Position numbers and translations under genes: made by a program. The notes beneath the pieces were generated by a model. The model was not told the DNA's origin and did no database searches. It worked only from the letters and a program-made list of their open reading frames with translations. A DNA stretch of 64,000 nt from a virus. Its lineage: Duplodnaviria; Caudoviricetes. The stretch's first letter is position 1. Each line of letters opens with the position of its first letter. The DNA is taken from positions 1-64,000 of IMG/VR virus record IMGVR_UViG_3300012942_000041; one strand, 5' to 3'. Positions 54,099 to 62,740 of the stretch are shown here, one piece after another.

Positions 54099-54299
54099 AT
54101 GCCTGACCTGTACTACGACGACCACGCCGACTACGAGGATCTGCCCGGCGGCTGCGACCACTGCGCCGGCAGCACCCCCGAGCAGCTCTCCGCCGCGGCG
54201 AACGGCGGGCTCGTCCCGGTGTGTGCCTGCGCGATCGGCCAGGGCGCCGGACCCGGCGACTGCGTGTGCGGGACCGCGACGACGGAGGAGACCGACTGA
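54099..54299 (+). CDS. Small Cys-rich protein
   Basis: AAGGAG RBS. Confidence 0.6.
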   Translation: MPDLYYDDHADYEDLPGGCDHCAGSTPEQLSAAANGGLVPVCACAIGQGAGPGDCVCGTATTEETD

Positions 54300-54607
54300 T
54301 GGCTGAGCACGACATCACGTTGACCGTCCGCATCCAGGCCCGCGGCGACTACTGGGACGACGCCGCCGACCTCGCCCGCAACGCCCGCGCGTGGATCGAC
54401 GCCGCGCTGGAGGACCGCGACGACATCCACACCGTCACCATCAGCGAAGCCGAGCCCGTCCCCGTGCTGGGTCCGCCCGCGTGCGACGAACCCGTCACCG
54501 CCCACGGTGTCGACTACCGCTGCCCGCTCCCGATCCGCCACGACGGCGACTGCCTCCCGCCGATCACCATCACCGCCTGCATGATGCCCGAGGAGTCCGG
54601 CCAGTGA
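54299..54607 (+). CDS. Hypothetical protein
   Basis: TGATG coupling; GGAGG RBS. Confidence 0.6.
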   Translation: MAEHDITLTVRIQARGDYWDDAADLARNARAWIDAALEDRDDIHTVTISEAEPVPVLGPPACDEPVTAHGVDYRCPLPIRHDGDCLPPITITACMMPEESGQ

Positions 54608-55437
54608 GCGCGGCCCTGCACCTGGCGCACGCCTACGAGCCGCCGCCCGGGCCGAAGCGGAAGCGCGACGGAGGCGGCGGGGATGGGCCCAGCAGGTTCG
54701 CCCGGGTGGCACACGAGATCTACCGCGACGACCGGGCAGACCACGAAGCCAAGGAACTCCTCCTCGCGCTCACCTACGCCTGCACCACGCCCCGCGAAGA
54801 CGGCGCCTCGGTGTGGACGATCGCTCGAACCTGCCTCGGCCGTGGCCGGCGCGGGCGTTGGCGCCTCGCCGAGCTGCTGGCGAAGGACGCTCCCCGCTAC
54901 CACTTCAGCTTGCGCGCGCCGCGTTGGGAGGGACACGAGGAGGACGAGTTGTGGCACCGCTGCTGCGCTCCGCGCCTCCGGCCCTACCGTGAGCCCGCGC
55001 CATCCCAGGCGATGTTCAACTTGGAGATCCCAGAGGAGCCGCGGCCGGAGCCTGAGGAGGACTTCCGTAACCGGCTCGGAGTGTGCGGCGCGGACGCCAG
55101 CGAGTACGTGATCGAGAAGCTGCCCGACACCGGCTGGCACAAGGCCCACTGGTTCTGCACCCGGCACGAGTCGGAGCGGCGGCGCACTGAGCGGCAACTG
55201 ATCGAGCCGAACCGGTTGGCGCCGGCGCCGATCCCGAACCGGGGCGGGCTGCTGCCGTGCTACTTCGACGCGGAGTGGCTGACGGTGTACCGCCTCTACT
55301 GCGGGGAGCAGTGGAAGCCGCCGGTGTACGGGATGCGGGCAGACGGCTGGCCGATCCCGGGCAAGGAGCCGGTGCCGATGCGGGCGCGGCTGCGTCTGGC
55401 CGCGTTGGACGGCGAGATCCTCGCCCAGAACACCTGA
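54604..55437 (+). CDS. Hypothetical protein
   Basis: GTGA coupling; MSAALHLAHAYEPPPGP.. Confidence 0.65.
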   Translation: MSAALHLAHAYEPPPGPKRKRDGGGGDGPSRFARVAHEIYRDDRADHEAKELLLALTYACTTPREDGASVWTIARTCLGRGRRGRWRLAELLAKDAPRYHFSLRAPRWEGHEEDELWHRCCAPRLRPYREPAPSQAMFNLEIPEEPRPEPEEDFRNRLGVCGADASEYVIEKLPDTGWHKAHWFCTRHESERRRTERQLIEPNRLAPAPIPNRGGLLPCYFDAEWLTVYRLYCGEQWKPPVYGMRADGWPIPGKEPVPMRARLRLAALDGEILAQNT

Positions 55438-55460
55438 CCACCCCTCACCAAGGAGCCATA

Positions 55461-56060
55461 GTGCACAAGATCCCCACTCTGTTCCAACGCGACCCCGACG
55501 ACCGCGCCCACGTCCTGCCCACCGTCACCCCGGGCTGCGAATGGGTCCTCAACGGCATCGGGACGCCGCTGCGGAAGTACGACGGCACCTGCGTCCTCCT
55601 CGACAACGACGGCTCGTGGTGGGCCCGGCGCGAGGTGAAGCCCGGCAAGAAGGAGCCCGCCGGCTTCCGGGCAGTGCAGCACGACGACGTCACCGGCAAG
55701 ACGGTGGGTTGGGAACCGATCGGGCAGTCCTCGTTTGCCCGATGCTTCGAGCAGGCCCTCGACTTCGCGCGCGCCGCCCACAAGCCGACGCCGCCCGGCA
55801 CCTACGAGCTGCTCGGCCCGAAGATCAACGGGAACCCCGAGCGGTGGGAGCGCCACGGCCTGCTCCTGCACGCCAGCGCCGCCGTGGTCGGCATGCCCCG
55901 CACGATCACCTTCGAGAGCCTGCGGGGCCTGTTCCTCGGCATCCTCGCCCCGCTCGGCTACGAGGGCGTCGTCTGGCACCGGGAAGTCGGCGTGCCCGGG
56001 ACCCAGATGGCCAAGCTCAAGGTCCGCGACTTCCTGCGTGACAGCGAGGCCGGGCGGTGA
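55461..56060 (+). CDS. RNA ligase-like nucleotidyltransferase (DUF5565/RLIG1-type)
   Basis: KIPTLF N-terminus, RKYDGTC (KxDG motif I), TYELLGPKINGNP, EGVVW and AKLK. Confidence 0.75.
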   Translation: MHKIPTLFQRDPDDRAHVLPTVTPGCEWVLNGIGTPLRKYDGTCVLLDNDGSWWARREVKPGKKEPAGFRAVQHDDVTGKTVGWEPIGQSSFARCFEQALDFARAAHKPTPPGTYELLGPKINGNPERWERHGLLLHASAAVVGMPRTITFESLRGLFLGILAPLGYEGVVWHREVGVPGTQMAKLKVRDFLRDSEAGR

Positions 56061-56686
56061 GCGGCTTCTTCGAGGCGGGCCACACGTACCTGCATCACGG
56101 GGAGGACGGTGAGCCGTCCACCGAGGGCCTGTTCACCGTCCAGTTCGTCGGCCGCGCGCCAGCGGCGTTCGAGTCTTACGACGAGACCGGCGGGGTCGCG
56201 TTCGGGTGGCGGCAAGGCCCCGGCGCGGACGGCACGTGGGAAGCCCTCGGGGCCTACACCACGCCGGACTTCGCCGGGTGGCGCGAGGTCCGCACACCGC
56301 CGCCCGCCGCGACCCCGGACGGCTGCCGGTGGTGCGGCGAACCCCGGCCGCACGGGCGCCAGTACACGCCGGGGCGGGGCCAGCACACGTGGGAGCAGCC
56401 CACCAGCCGGCAGCGTCTGGAGCGGATGCAGGAGCGCCGCAACGACCGCCTCGCGCCGCCGCCCGCACCGGAGGTCCCGACGGACATGACCGGGGCCGCT
56501 GTCATCGTCTGCTACAGCCGGTGCTGGGCGTGCCAGTTCGGTGACCACTACGATCCGCCGACGCCGCATCCGTGGTGGGACGAGGACGACGTCGCGCACG
56601 CCGCAGAGACCGGGCAGGAGCCGCCGACGGGGAACTGCGGGTGCTCCTGCGGCCGGCAGCAGCCCGGGACCGAGGAGCGGCGGTGA
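56057..56686 (+). CDS. Hypothetical protein with a zinc-finger segment
   Basis: GCRWCG..HGRQY..HTW. Confidence 0.6.
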   Translation: MSGFFEAGHTYLHHGEDGEPSTEGLFTVQFVGRAPAAFESYDETGGVAFGWRQGPGADGTWEALGAYTTPDFAGWREVRTPPPAATPDGCRWCGEPRPHGRQYTPGRGQHTWEQPTSRQRLERMQERRNDRLAPPPAPEVPTDMTGAAVIVCYSRCWACQFGDHYDPPTPHPWWDEDDVAHAAETGQEPPTGNCGCSCGRQQPGTEERR

Positions 56687-57138
56687 CCGGCATCAACGAA
56701 CTCGCGGCCGTGGTGCGTGCGGGCCTTGCTGAGGATGAGCGGGTGGCGCGGGCGGCGAGTGAGGGCCCGTGGTCGGTCGACTCCGAGAGCTACGCGGAGA
56801 CGGTGTACGGGCACGGTTCGGTGGAGGTGGTGGCGGGTGGTCGTTGGGGCGGTGAGGCCTCGGTGTTCGAGTCGACCGAGGACGCCGTCCACATCGCCCG
56901 CCACCATCCGGCGCGGGTACTGGCCGACGTCGCCGGGCGCCGCGCCCTCGTCGATGCGCTCCTCGCGGAACCGCACGCCGTGCAGGACGACGACGGGTGG
57001 TACAGCTGCTCACAGGCCGGCGAGGACTGCTGGGATTCGGACCGGCGTGGCGACCCCTGCGACTGCGGCCGGGACGACCGCGTCCGCTCCTACCTCCAAC
57101 ACCTCGCCCGGCCCTACCAGGAGGACAGCCGTGGATGA
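56683..57138 (+). CDS. DUF6221-like actinophage protein
   Basis: LAEDERVARAA..GPW..HIARHHPARVLADV..LARPY. Confidence 0.75.
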   Translation: MTGINELAAVVRAGLAEDERVARAASEGPWSVDSESYAETVYGHGSVEVVAGGRWGGEASVFESTEDAVHIARHHPARVLADVAGRRALVDALLAEPHAVQDDDGWYSCSQAGEDCWDSDRRGDPCDCGRDDRVRSYLQHLARPYQEDSRG

Positions 57139-57319
57139 CGACACGGTGGTGACGATGACGCAGGAAGCGTTCGAGACAGCCGCCCGGCGCGCCCTCGCCG
57201 ATCTGGGCCTGACCTACCGCGAGTTGGCGGAGCAGGCCCAGCGCAGGGAGTTCAGCAGCGAGCGGGCCCACCTGCTGTGGGTGTCCATCGGCGGCACCGT
57301 CAACGAGGAGACGCTGTGA
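57131..57319 (+). CDS. Small hypothetical protein
   Basis: ALADLGLTYRELAEQA; GGAGG RBS. Confidence 0.6.
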   Translation: MDDDTVVTMTQEAFETAARRALADLGLTYRELAEQAQRREFSSERAHLLWVSIGGTVNEETL

Positions 57320-57489
57320 CCACCGCCAGTGAGCCCCTCGTCGTCGACCGCGGCGAGTGGGATGCCCTGCTCGCCGTCGCGGTCCTGTACCTCGCGGCGT
57401 TCGCCGACGACGAGTTGCTGTCCGGGACCGAGAAGCTGCAGCACCAGCAGATCCAGGCGATCGTGGCCAAACACGGCCGCCGCTACTGA
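57316..57489 (+). CDS. Small hypothetical protein
   Basis: GTGA coupling. Confidence 0.55.
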   Translation: MTTASEPLVVDRGEWDALLAVAVLYLAAFADDELLSGTEKLQHQQIQAIVAKHGRRY

Positions 57490-57498
57490 GGAGCCGAA

Positions 57499-57996
57499 GT
57501 GACTGATGACCTGTGGGCCGGGCTGGACGAGCGCCTGAACGACCGGCGGTTGGTGGTGTTGGAGTCGTCGGAGCGGCCGTCTGCGGTCGACGGGCTCGTC
57601 GACCTGCTGCGCCCGCTCGTGGCCAGCGTGATCGCTGAGCGGGACCGGCTGGCCGCGCGGGTCGCTGAGCTGGAGGCTCAGGCCGGCCAACTCCCGCCCC
57701 CGTCTGGAGAGATCCCCGATCAGCCGGACCGGTGCGGGCGCTGCCGGTGCACTGACTGCGGCGGCCGGCTCGACGAACACACCCCGGACGGATGCCGCTG
57801 CACGTCCTGCCAGCTCGGCCCGCCCTGCTCCCTCTCCGAGTTCCTGCCGGACACCCGCATCGATCTCCTCGCCCGCGCCCTCGGTCCGCTGCTGGCGGCC
57901 GACGTCAGCGAGGCCCTGCAGCAGCGGTGTCTCGCGGTGGCGCACGCCGCGCACCACGCCATGCACGACTACGACCACACCGAGGAGCAGCCGTGA
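57499..57996 (+). CDS. Hypothetical Cys-containing protein
   Basis: AGGAG RBS. Confidence 0.6.
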   Translation: MTDDLWAGLDERLNDRRLVVLESSERPSAVDGLVDLLRPLVASVIAERDRLAARVAELEAQAGQLPPPSGEIPDQPDRCGRCRCTDCGGRLDEHTPDGCRCTSCQLGPPCSLSEFLPDTRIDLLARALGPLLAADVSEALQQRCLAVAHAAHHAMHDYDHTEEQP

Positions 57997-58334
57997 GCCG
58001 TCTCCGTACCGCCATCGCACGAAGGATGCGGGCCGGCGGCAGCGTGATCCGCCGTAGCGGGCCCGAGCCGCGCGCCGGCCGGGAGATGCTGCACCTCTCC
58101 CACCGCCCCGGCCCCGACGACCCCGACACCCGCCGGTCCCTGATCGTGTCCCGGCCCTGGGCCGACGGCCGCGTCTGCCTCCACGCCCTCGACCTCGACG
58201 CGCCCGGTGGACCCGAGCAGGTTTCGTTCGCCGTCGCGCCGGAGGATCTGCCGCGGCTGGTCGACCATCTCCAGTTCTACGCCAGCCTCCCTACCGCCAT
58301 GCCGCTGACGCTGCCAGAGGGGACCTCGAAGTGA
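57993..58334 (+). CDS. Hypothetical protein
   Basis: GTGA coupling. Confidence 0.55.
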   Translation: MSRLRTAIARRMRAGGSVIRRSGPEPRAGREMLHLSHRPGPDDPDTRRSLIVSRPWADGRVCLHALDLDAPGGPEQVSFAVAPEDLPRLVDHLQFYASLPTAMPLTLPEGTSK

Positions 58335-58720
58335 GCACTGCCCGGGACGAGTTGTATGACGCGATCGTGGCCGGTGACGGCCGCGTGGAGACCCAGCTCA
58401 AGGCCGAGCGGCTGATCGCGGCCCGCGACGCCGACGTGCTCCGCCGGGCAGTCGATCTGGTCGCGCTGCACGTTGATCTCGGTGCTCCGCCTGAGCGGAT
58501 CCTGACCGAACTCCGCCGCGTGGCCGACGCCGCCGCGGCAAAGGCCCCGGGAGCCGCCGCCGCCTGCTCGCGGGTGCTGACGATCCGCGTCACCGCGCCC
58601 ACCCCCGAGGACGCGCAGCGCTGGATAGAGGCCGTCCGGGACCTGGCCGTCGCCGAGTACGGCGACAGCATGCGGATGGAGACCAGCATCCGGGCCGACG
58701 ACGGAGGGGAGCGGCGGTGA
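58331..58720 (+). CDS. Hypothetical protein
   Basis: GTGA coupling. Confidence 0.6.
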   Translation: MSTARDELYDAIVAGDGRVETQLKAERLIAARDADVLRRAVDLVALHVDLGAPPERILTELRRVADAAAAKAPGAAAACSRVLTIRVTAPTPEDAQRWIEAVRDLAVAEYGDSMRMETSIRADDGGERR

Positions 58721-58893
58721 GCGTCTTGCATGTCTCCCCGGTCGATGACCTGATCGCGCACGACACCAGCACCAGCGAGCCGGACTGCCCGTGCGGGCCC
58801 CGCGCCGAGCCGGCGAAGCGGGAGGACGGGTCGGTGGGCTGGCTGATCATCCACCACTCGCTCGACGGCCGCGAGCAGGAGGAGCAGCGATGA
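58717..58893 (+). CDS. 58-aa His/Cys protein (absent from the ORF track)
   Basis: HVSPVDDLIAH..DCPCGP..GWLIIHHSLDGRE. Confidence 0.65.
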   Translation: MSVLHVSPVDDLIAHDTSTSEPDCPCGPRAEPAKREDGSVGWLIIHHSLDGREQEEQR

Positions 58894-59093
58894 AGCTCCG
58901 GATCTTCGCGGTCGGCGGCGTCGCGCGCCAGGTGACCGTGACCCGGGACGACGGCGCGGAACTCGGCTTCCCCGTCGACCGGGACACCACGACGGGCAGC
59001 GCCGGGAATGGCTGGGCGGTTGAGGTCGAGGCCGACGTGCAGGAGTTGCTGCGGGCGTTCCTCGCCGACGACCGCACCCGGAGGCGGCGGTGA
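58890..59093 (+). CDS. Small hypothetical protein
   Basis: ATGA coupling; MKLRIFAV.. Confidence 0.55.
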   Translation: MKLRIFAVGGVARQVTVTRDDGAELGFPVDRDTTTGSAGNGWAVEVEADVQELLRAFLADDRTRRRR

Positions 59094-59278
59094 GGCGGTG
59101 CCGGATATGCGGCGGCCGGGTGTGGCCGCGGCAGCAGTGGGGCGGGTACGGGCCGATCGGGTACGGGCTGCTCACCGCCCATGAGGTGTGGCACACCGAG
59201 TGCGCCGCCGCCGAGGCGGCCGGTCGGGCGGCGGTAGATTCAAGCAACCGAGACGAGGGGGAGCGGCATGCGACCTGA
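59090..59278 (+). CDS. Small CxxC..HxxC protein
   Basis: GTGA coupling. Confidence 0.55.
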   Translation: MRRCRICGGRVWPRQQWGGYGPIGYGLLTAHEVWHTECAAAEAAGRAAVDSSNRDEGERHAT

Positions 59279-59747
59279 CCGGTTCGAGCGGCTGCTCGCC
59301 GACGCCATCAACGCGGACGGCCGGCTGACCGCCGTCACCTACGCGGAGGCGTCGCGGGATCGGTCCCGGTACGGGCTGGTGCTCACCGGCCCGGGTGGGG
59401 CGTCGGTGGACGTGCAGATCGTTGCCCGGTCCGCGGTCGGCGATCGGTACGAGCAGCCGGAGGAGCCGGTTACCGGCGCGGAGCAGCCGCGCGTGGACGT
59501 GCCGGACCCGCTGGCGGGCGGTGGCGTGCCGATGGTGGCGCTGGAGCGCTACCTGGCCGCCCTGGCGCGCAACGCGGCCCCGGCCGAGGTCGAGGGCACG
59601 TCGGTGTTTCAGGAGCGGGAGAGCGTCGGCGCGGTCCGCTACGGCGCCGCCGTCGAGTACCGGGACGGCTCCGCGATCTACCTGTACGTGCTGCGGGCCG
59701 GTCAGGCGCGGCACACCGACTACCAGCCGCCGGAGACCGTGCGGTGA
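59268..59747 (+). CDS. Hypothetical protein
   Basis: GGGGAG RBS. Confidence 0.65.
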   Translation: MRPDRFERLLADAINADGRLTAVTYAEASRDRSRYGLVLTGPGGASVDVQIVARSAVGDRYEQPEEPVTGAEQPRVDVPDPLAGGGVPMVALERYLAALARNAAPAEVEGTSVFQERESVGAVRYGAAVEYRDGSAIYLYVLRAGQARHTDYQPPETVR

Positions 59748-59932
59748 GCCAGGCGCTGCTGCCCGTCGGCGACCTCCCGCGCGAGCCCGCCCGCACGGTG
59801 CGCTGCAGGCGCTGCTCGCGGCCTCTTCACGACCCGGAGGCGCGCGCCCTTCAACTGGGCCCGGAATGCCGGGACTGGGAGGCTGCGCGGCGCCGCGGCC
59901 ACATCCCGCAGGACACCATCCCCGGCACCTGA
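59744..59932 (+). CDS. DUF6011-like zinc finger
   Basis: CRRCSRPLHDPEARALQLGPEC. Confidence 0.75.
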   Translation: MSQALLPVGDLPREPARTVRCRRCSRPLHDPEARALQLGPECRDWEAARRRGHIPQDTIPGT

Positions 59933-60035
59933 CCGGCGCTGCCACGGCATCCCCAAAGGGCCCCTCAAAGAGACGGCCAGGAGCGCGGCAGCGCCCCCCT
60001 CCCGCCGTGGCGGTTAGGGGGCGCTCGGGCCGCGG

Positions 60036-60368
60036 TCAGGCGGTGGCGCGGCAGTCCGTGACGATCGTGAGGGTGCTCGGGCGCCAGCCGCCCCAGCCGG
60101 TGGCCATCTCCCGCGCGTCGTGAAACGCGCCGAGCGTCTGGCCGATCATGTACTCGGGGTCCTCGTGGCAACGCACCCAGCAGTGCTGGCCGTTGTCGGC
60201 GGTCACGACCCGGCCGATGTCGAAGCCGCCGCGCTGCTTGATCCAGTCACGGGCCTCGGCCTCGGTCTCGAAGATCGCGGCCTCGGTGTGGTCTTCTCCC
60301 AGCTGGTCGTGGGGCCCGTCCTGGGAGACGGTGGTCTCCCCGGCGATCCAGTACATGTGCACGAGCAT
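60036..60368 (-). CDS. Hypothetical protein
   Basis: AAAGGGGG RBS; last gene of the leftward early operon. Confidence 0.6.
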   Translation of the reverse strand: MLVHMYWIAGETTVSQDGPHDQLGEDHTEAAIFETEAEARDWIKQRGGFDIGRVVTADNGQHCWVRCHEDPEYMIGQTLGAFHDAREMATGWGGWRPSTLTIVTDCRATA

Positions 60369-60400
60369 GATCGTTCCCCCTTTGTGGTGGTGTGGCCGTG

Positions 60401-60784
60401 TCAGCGGCGGTGGAGGGTCTTGAGGGTGTAGCCGATCTCCTCGACGGTGGCGCGGTCCAGGACCACGCCCTCGGGGGCGCGGCCGTTCAACTTGAAGACC
60501 AGAGCGGTCTCGCCCGGCTCCTGCTCGTACAGCTGCCGGTTGACCGGCACCGGGACCTCCAGCAGGTCGGAGAGGATCTGCGCGGTCGACTCGTGCCCGA
60601 TCGCCGAGTTGACCTCGTTGCCGTAGGTGGCGAGGAGGGTGCGGGCCTGGGTGAGGCTGATGGTCTTGCAGTCGTAGGTGCCGTCGGCGGTGATGATCGC
60701 CGCCAGGCACGGGGAGCCGGCCTCGCTGCGGTAGTGCACGATGCGGCCCACGGACGGGGTCGGCGCGGCGGGGGTCTGGGTCAT
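60401..60784 (-). CDS. acrIII-1: DUF1874 / AcrIII-1 (STIV B116, YddF) family ring nuclease with an atypical N-terminus
   Basis: ITADGTY..ISLTQAR..SAIGHESTAQILSDLL..VNR..ALVFKLNGRAPEG..IGY. Confidence 0.85.
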   Translation of the reverse strand: MTQTPAAPTPSVGRIVHYRSEAGSPCLAAIITADGTYDCKTISLTQARTLLATYGNEVNSAIGHESTAQILSDLLEVPVPVNRQLYEQEPGETALVFKLNGRAPEGVVLDRATVEEIGYTLKTLHRR

Positions 60785-60809
60785 GGTCTCGGTCCTCTCG
60801 GTCGGTGGG

Positions 60810-61100
60810 TCAGCGGTCGATGGTGAGCGGGACGGTGGTGTACGGCACCGTGGTCAGGCCGGCGTCGATGGCGGCGACGATCCGGTGGTGCCCGTCCAGC
60901 AGCTCCCAGCGCAGGTCGTCGGTCTGGACGTGGACGGGGACCGTGATGCCGTCCCGGCGGACAGCGGCGAGCAGCGCCGGGTAGGTCGGCGAGCGGCGTT
61001 TCACAGCCACCACGTCCTCCACGGTGCTGCCGCAGCCGAGGTAATCGGCGTCCGGCGACCACATGGCGAGGGCGTCGGCGACGGGCATCAGGCCGATCAC
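60810..61100 (-). CDS. Stand-alone ParB/Srx N-terminal domain protein
   Basis: VRRDGITVPVHV..LLDGHHRIVAA..G..VP. Confidence 0.8.
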   Translation of the reverse strand: MIGLMPVADALAMWSPDADYLGCGSTVEDVVAVKRRSPTYPALLAAVRRDGITVPVHVQTDDLRWELLDGHHRIVAAIDAGLTTVPYTTVPLTIDR

Positions 61101-61128
61101 GGCGGGTCTCCTGTCGGGTGGTCAGCGG

Positions 61129-61254
61129 TCAGTCGTCGTAGGAGGGTTCGTTCTCGCCGTCGTCGCAGCACTCGAAGGTCTCGTCCGGGACCTCCTCGCC
61201 GCACGAGTTGCACCACCAGTACACGGGCTCGCGGTCGTCGTCCTCACTGGTCAC
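61129..61254 (-). CDS. 41-aa acidic Cys-rich peptide
   Basis: ACAGGAG RBS; WCNSCG..CCDD. Confidence 0.55.
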   Translation of the reverse strand: MTSEDDDREPVYWWCNSCGEEVPDETFECCDDGENEPSYDD

Positions 61255-61442
61255 GGCGGGTCTCTCCTGTCGGTGCGGGTCAGCGGCCGGACGGCCGGAT
61301 GGTGATGCCGTATCGCTGGGCACGCTCGGCGCATTCGGGGCAGGTGGGCTCGGTCATCTCGGGCCGTTCGTCCAGACCCCAGAAGCCGGTGCGCGTCGGG
61401 CACAGGCGATGTGAGCGGTAGCCACTGCGGGTCTGTTGTCGA

Positions 61443-61694
61443 TCAGGCGGGGTTGTCGGATTCGCTAGCGGTCCGCAGGATCGCACGACCGATGGATTCG
61501 CTCTCGTAGTCGCACCAGCGGCACGCCACCCGGCCGGCGATGACCCGCACGACGTTTCCGTTGTCGATCTCGTCCCAGCTCTGTTGATCGCGGGTGAGCG
61601 CGGATTTGCGGTTGCAGGCAGGACAGCGATCTCTCTCGGCGCGCAGACGCTTACTGGCCCGCTGGACCGAAGTATCACTCCGGTTCTGGCCCAT
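61443..61694 (-). CDS. Zinc-ribbon protein
   Basis: CPACNRK..CRWCDY. Confidence 0.65.
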   Translation of the reverse strand: MGQNRSDTSVQRASKRLRAERDRCPACNRKSALTRDQQSWDEIDNGNVVRVIAGRVACRWCDYESESIGRAILRTASESDNPA

Positions 61695-61802
61695 GATCAC
61701 TTCTCCTGTCGGTATCGGTCGGGTTGGGGGTGTCTGAGTGCCTGGCGACGCGCACGGGCGGGCCGTGCACGCCGCGCCGGCCATCAGGCGGCGGGGGCCG
61801 GG

Positions 61803-62096
61803 TCAGGCGGCGGACTCGGTCTCGGTGGCGCGGTGGATGAGCCACCCCGCGAAGATCGTCCACGCGGGGCCGAGCTGACCGGCCGCCTCGGCCGCGTCGC
61901 GCAGCGCGTCGGCGCGGGCGGTCACCTCAGCCGGCGTCGGCAGCCCGTTGAGCGCGGCCCGGACCGCGGGGATGCGGTCGGTGGGCACGTACACGCCGCC
62001 TTTGGTGTGCACGTACCGGTGGCCGGTGTCGTCGGCTTCGGCCGCAGTGATGGTGTCGTCCTCGTAGTCGGTGTACAGAGTCTCGATGTCGTCCAT
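61803..62096 (-). CDS. Hypothetical protein
   Basis: GAGAGGA RBS. Confidence 0.65.
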   Translation of the reverse strand: MDDIETLYTDYEDDTITAAEADDTGHRYVHTKGGVYVPTDRIPAVRAALNGLPTPAEVTARADALRDAAEAAGQLGPAWTIFAGWLIHRATETESAA

Positions 62097-62128
62097 GGCA
62101 GGTGTCCTCTCGATCAGGCGGGGGCGGG

Positions 62129-62404
62129 TCAGTCGGTGACGGGCTTGCGGGCTGCGTCGGTCACGTAGGCAGTGCCCTTGTGCTCGCCGTCCTCGTGAAC
62201 CGTGGTCTCGAAGTCGCCCAGGTCCAGCGAGAACGCCTTGCCCCAGCCGGAGCACTGCGCGCACACCGACGGCATCGCGTCCGGGTGGTTCGCGTAGATG
62301 TACTCGGCGATCGCCTCCGGTCCGTCAGCGGCCACGTCGTTGGGAACGTCCATGGTCAGCGACGCCGAGGCGGTGGTCTCGAAGTGGGCGGTGAACTTGG
62401 GCAT
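62129..62404 (-). CDS. Hypothetical protein with CAQCSG motif
   Basis: GAGAGGA RBS. Confidence 0.7.
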   Translation of the reverse strand: MPKFTAHFETTASASLTMDVPNDVAADGPEAIAEYIYANHPDAMPSVCAQCSGWGKAFSLDLGDFETTVHEDGEHKGTAYVTDAARKPVTD

Positions 62405-62435
62405 GGCGGGTCCTCTCGATCAGGCGGGGCGAAGG

Positions 62436-62648
62436 TCAGCGGGGGTCGAAGCGGGCGGCGAGGGCGCGCAGGTCGCCCCACGTCAGGCCGGTCTTCACGC
62501 CCGGCCCGTACACGTTGCTGGTCGCCACGATCACCATGGCGTCGCCGGGCTGGTCGGCGTACAGGTCAAGGGTGTGCTGCAGCGCGGCGGTCGGGTCCTG
62601 CGGCGGGGCCGGCCAACCGGCGGGGAGCTGCGGGGTGTTGCGGGACAT
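62436..62648 (-). CDS. Hypothetical protein
   Basis: GAGAGGA RBS; TGLTWGDLRAL. Confidence 0.65.
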   Translation of the reverse strand: MSRNTPQLPAGWPAPPQDPTAALQHTLDLYADQPGDAMVIVATSNVYGPGVKTGLTWGDLRALAARFDPR

Positions 62649-62740
62649 GGCGGGTTCCTCTCGGATTGGCGGTGCAGGGTGGTTGGTGGTGGCTGGTCGT
62701 GCGCGTCGGTCGCCGGGGAGCCGGCGGTCGCCGTGCGCGG

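Noticed and set aside
61280-61442. Gene ending ..CPECAERAQRYGITIRPSGR
   Set aside because: No convincing start or RBS; possibly a truncated remnant, so not called
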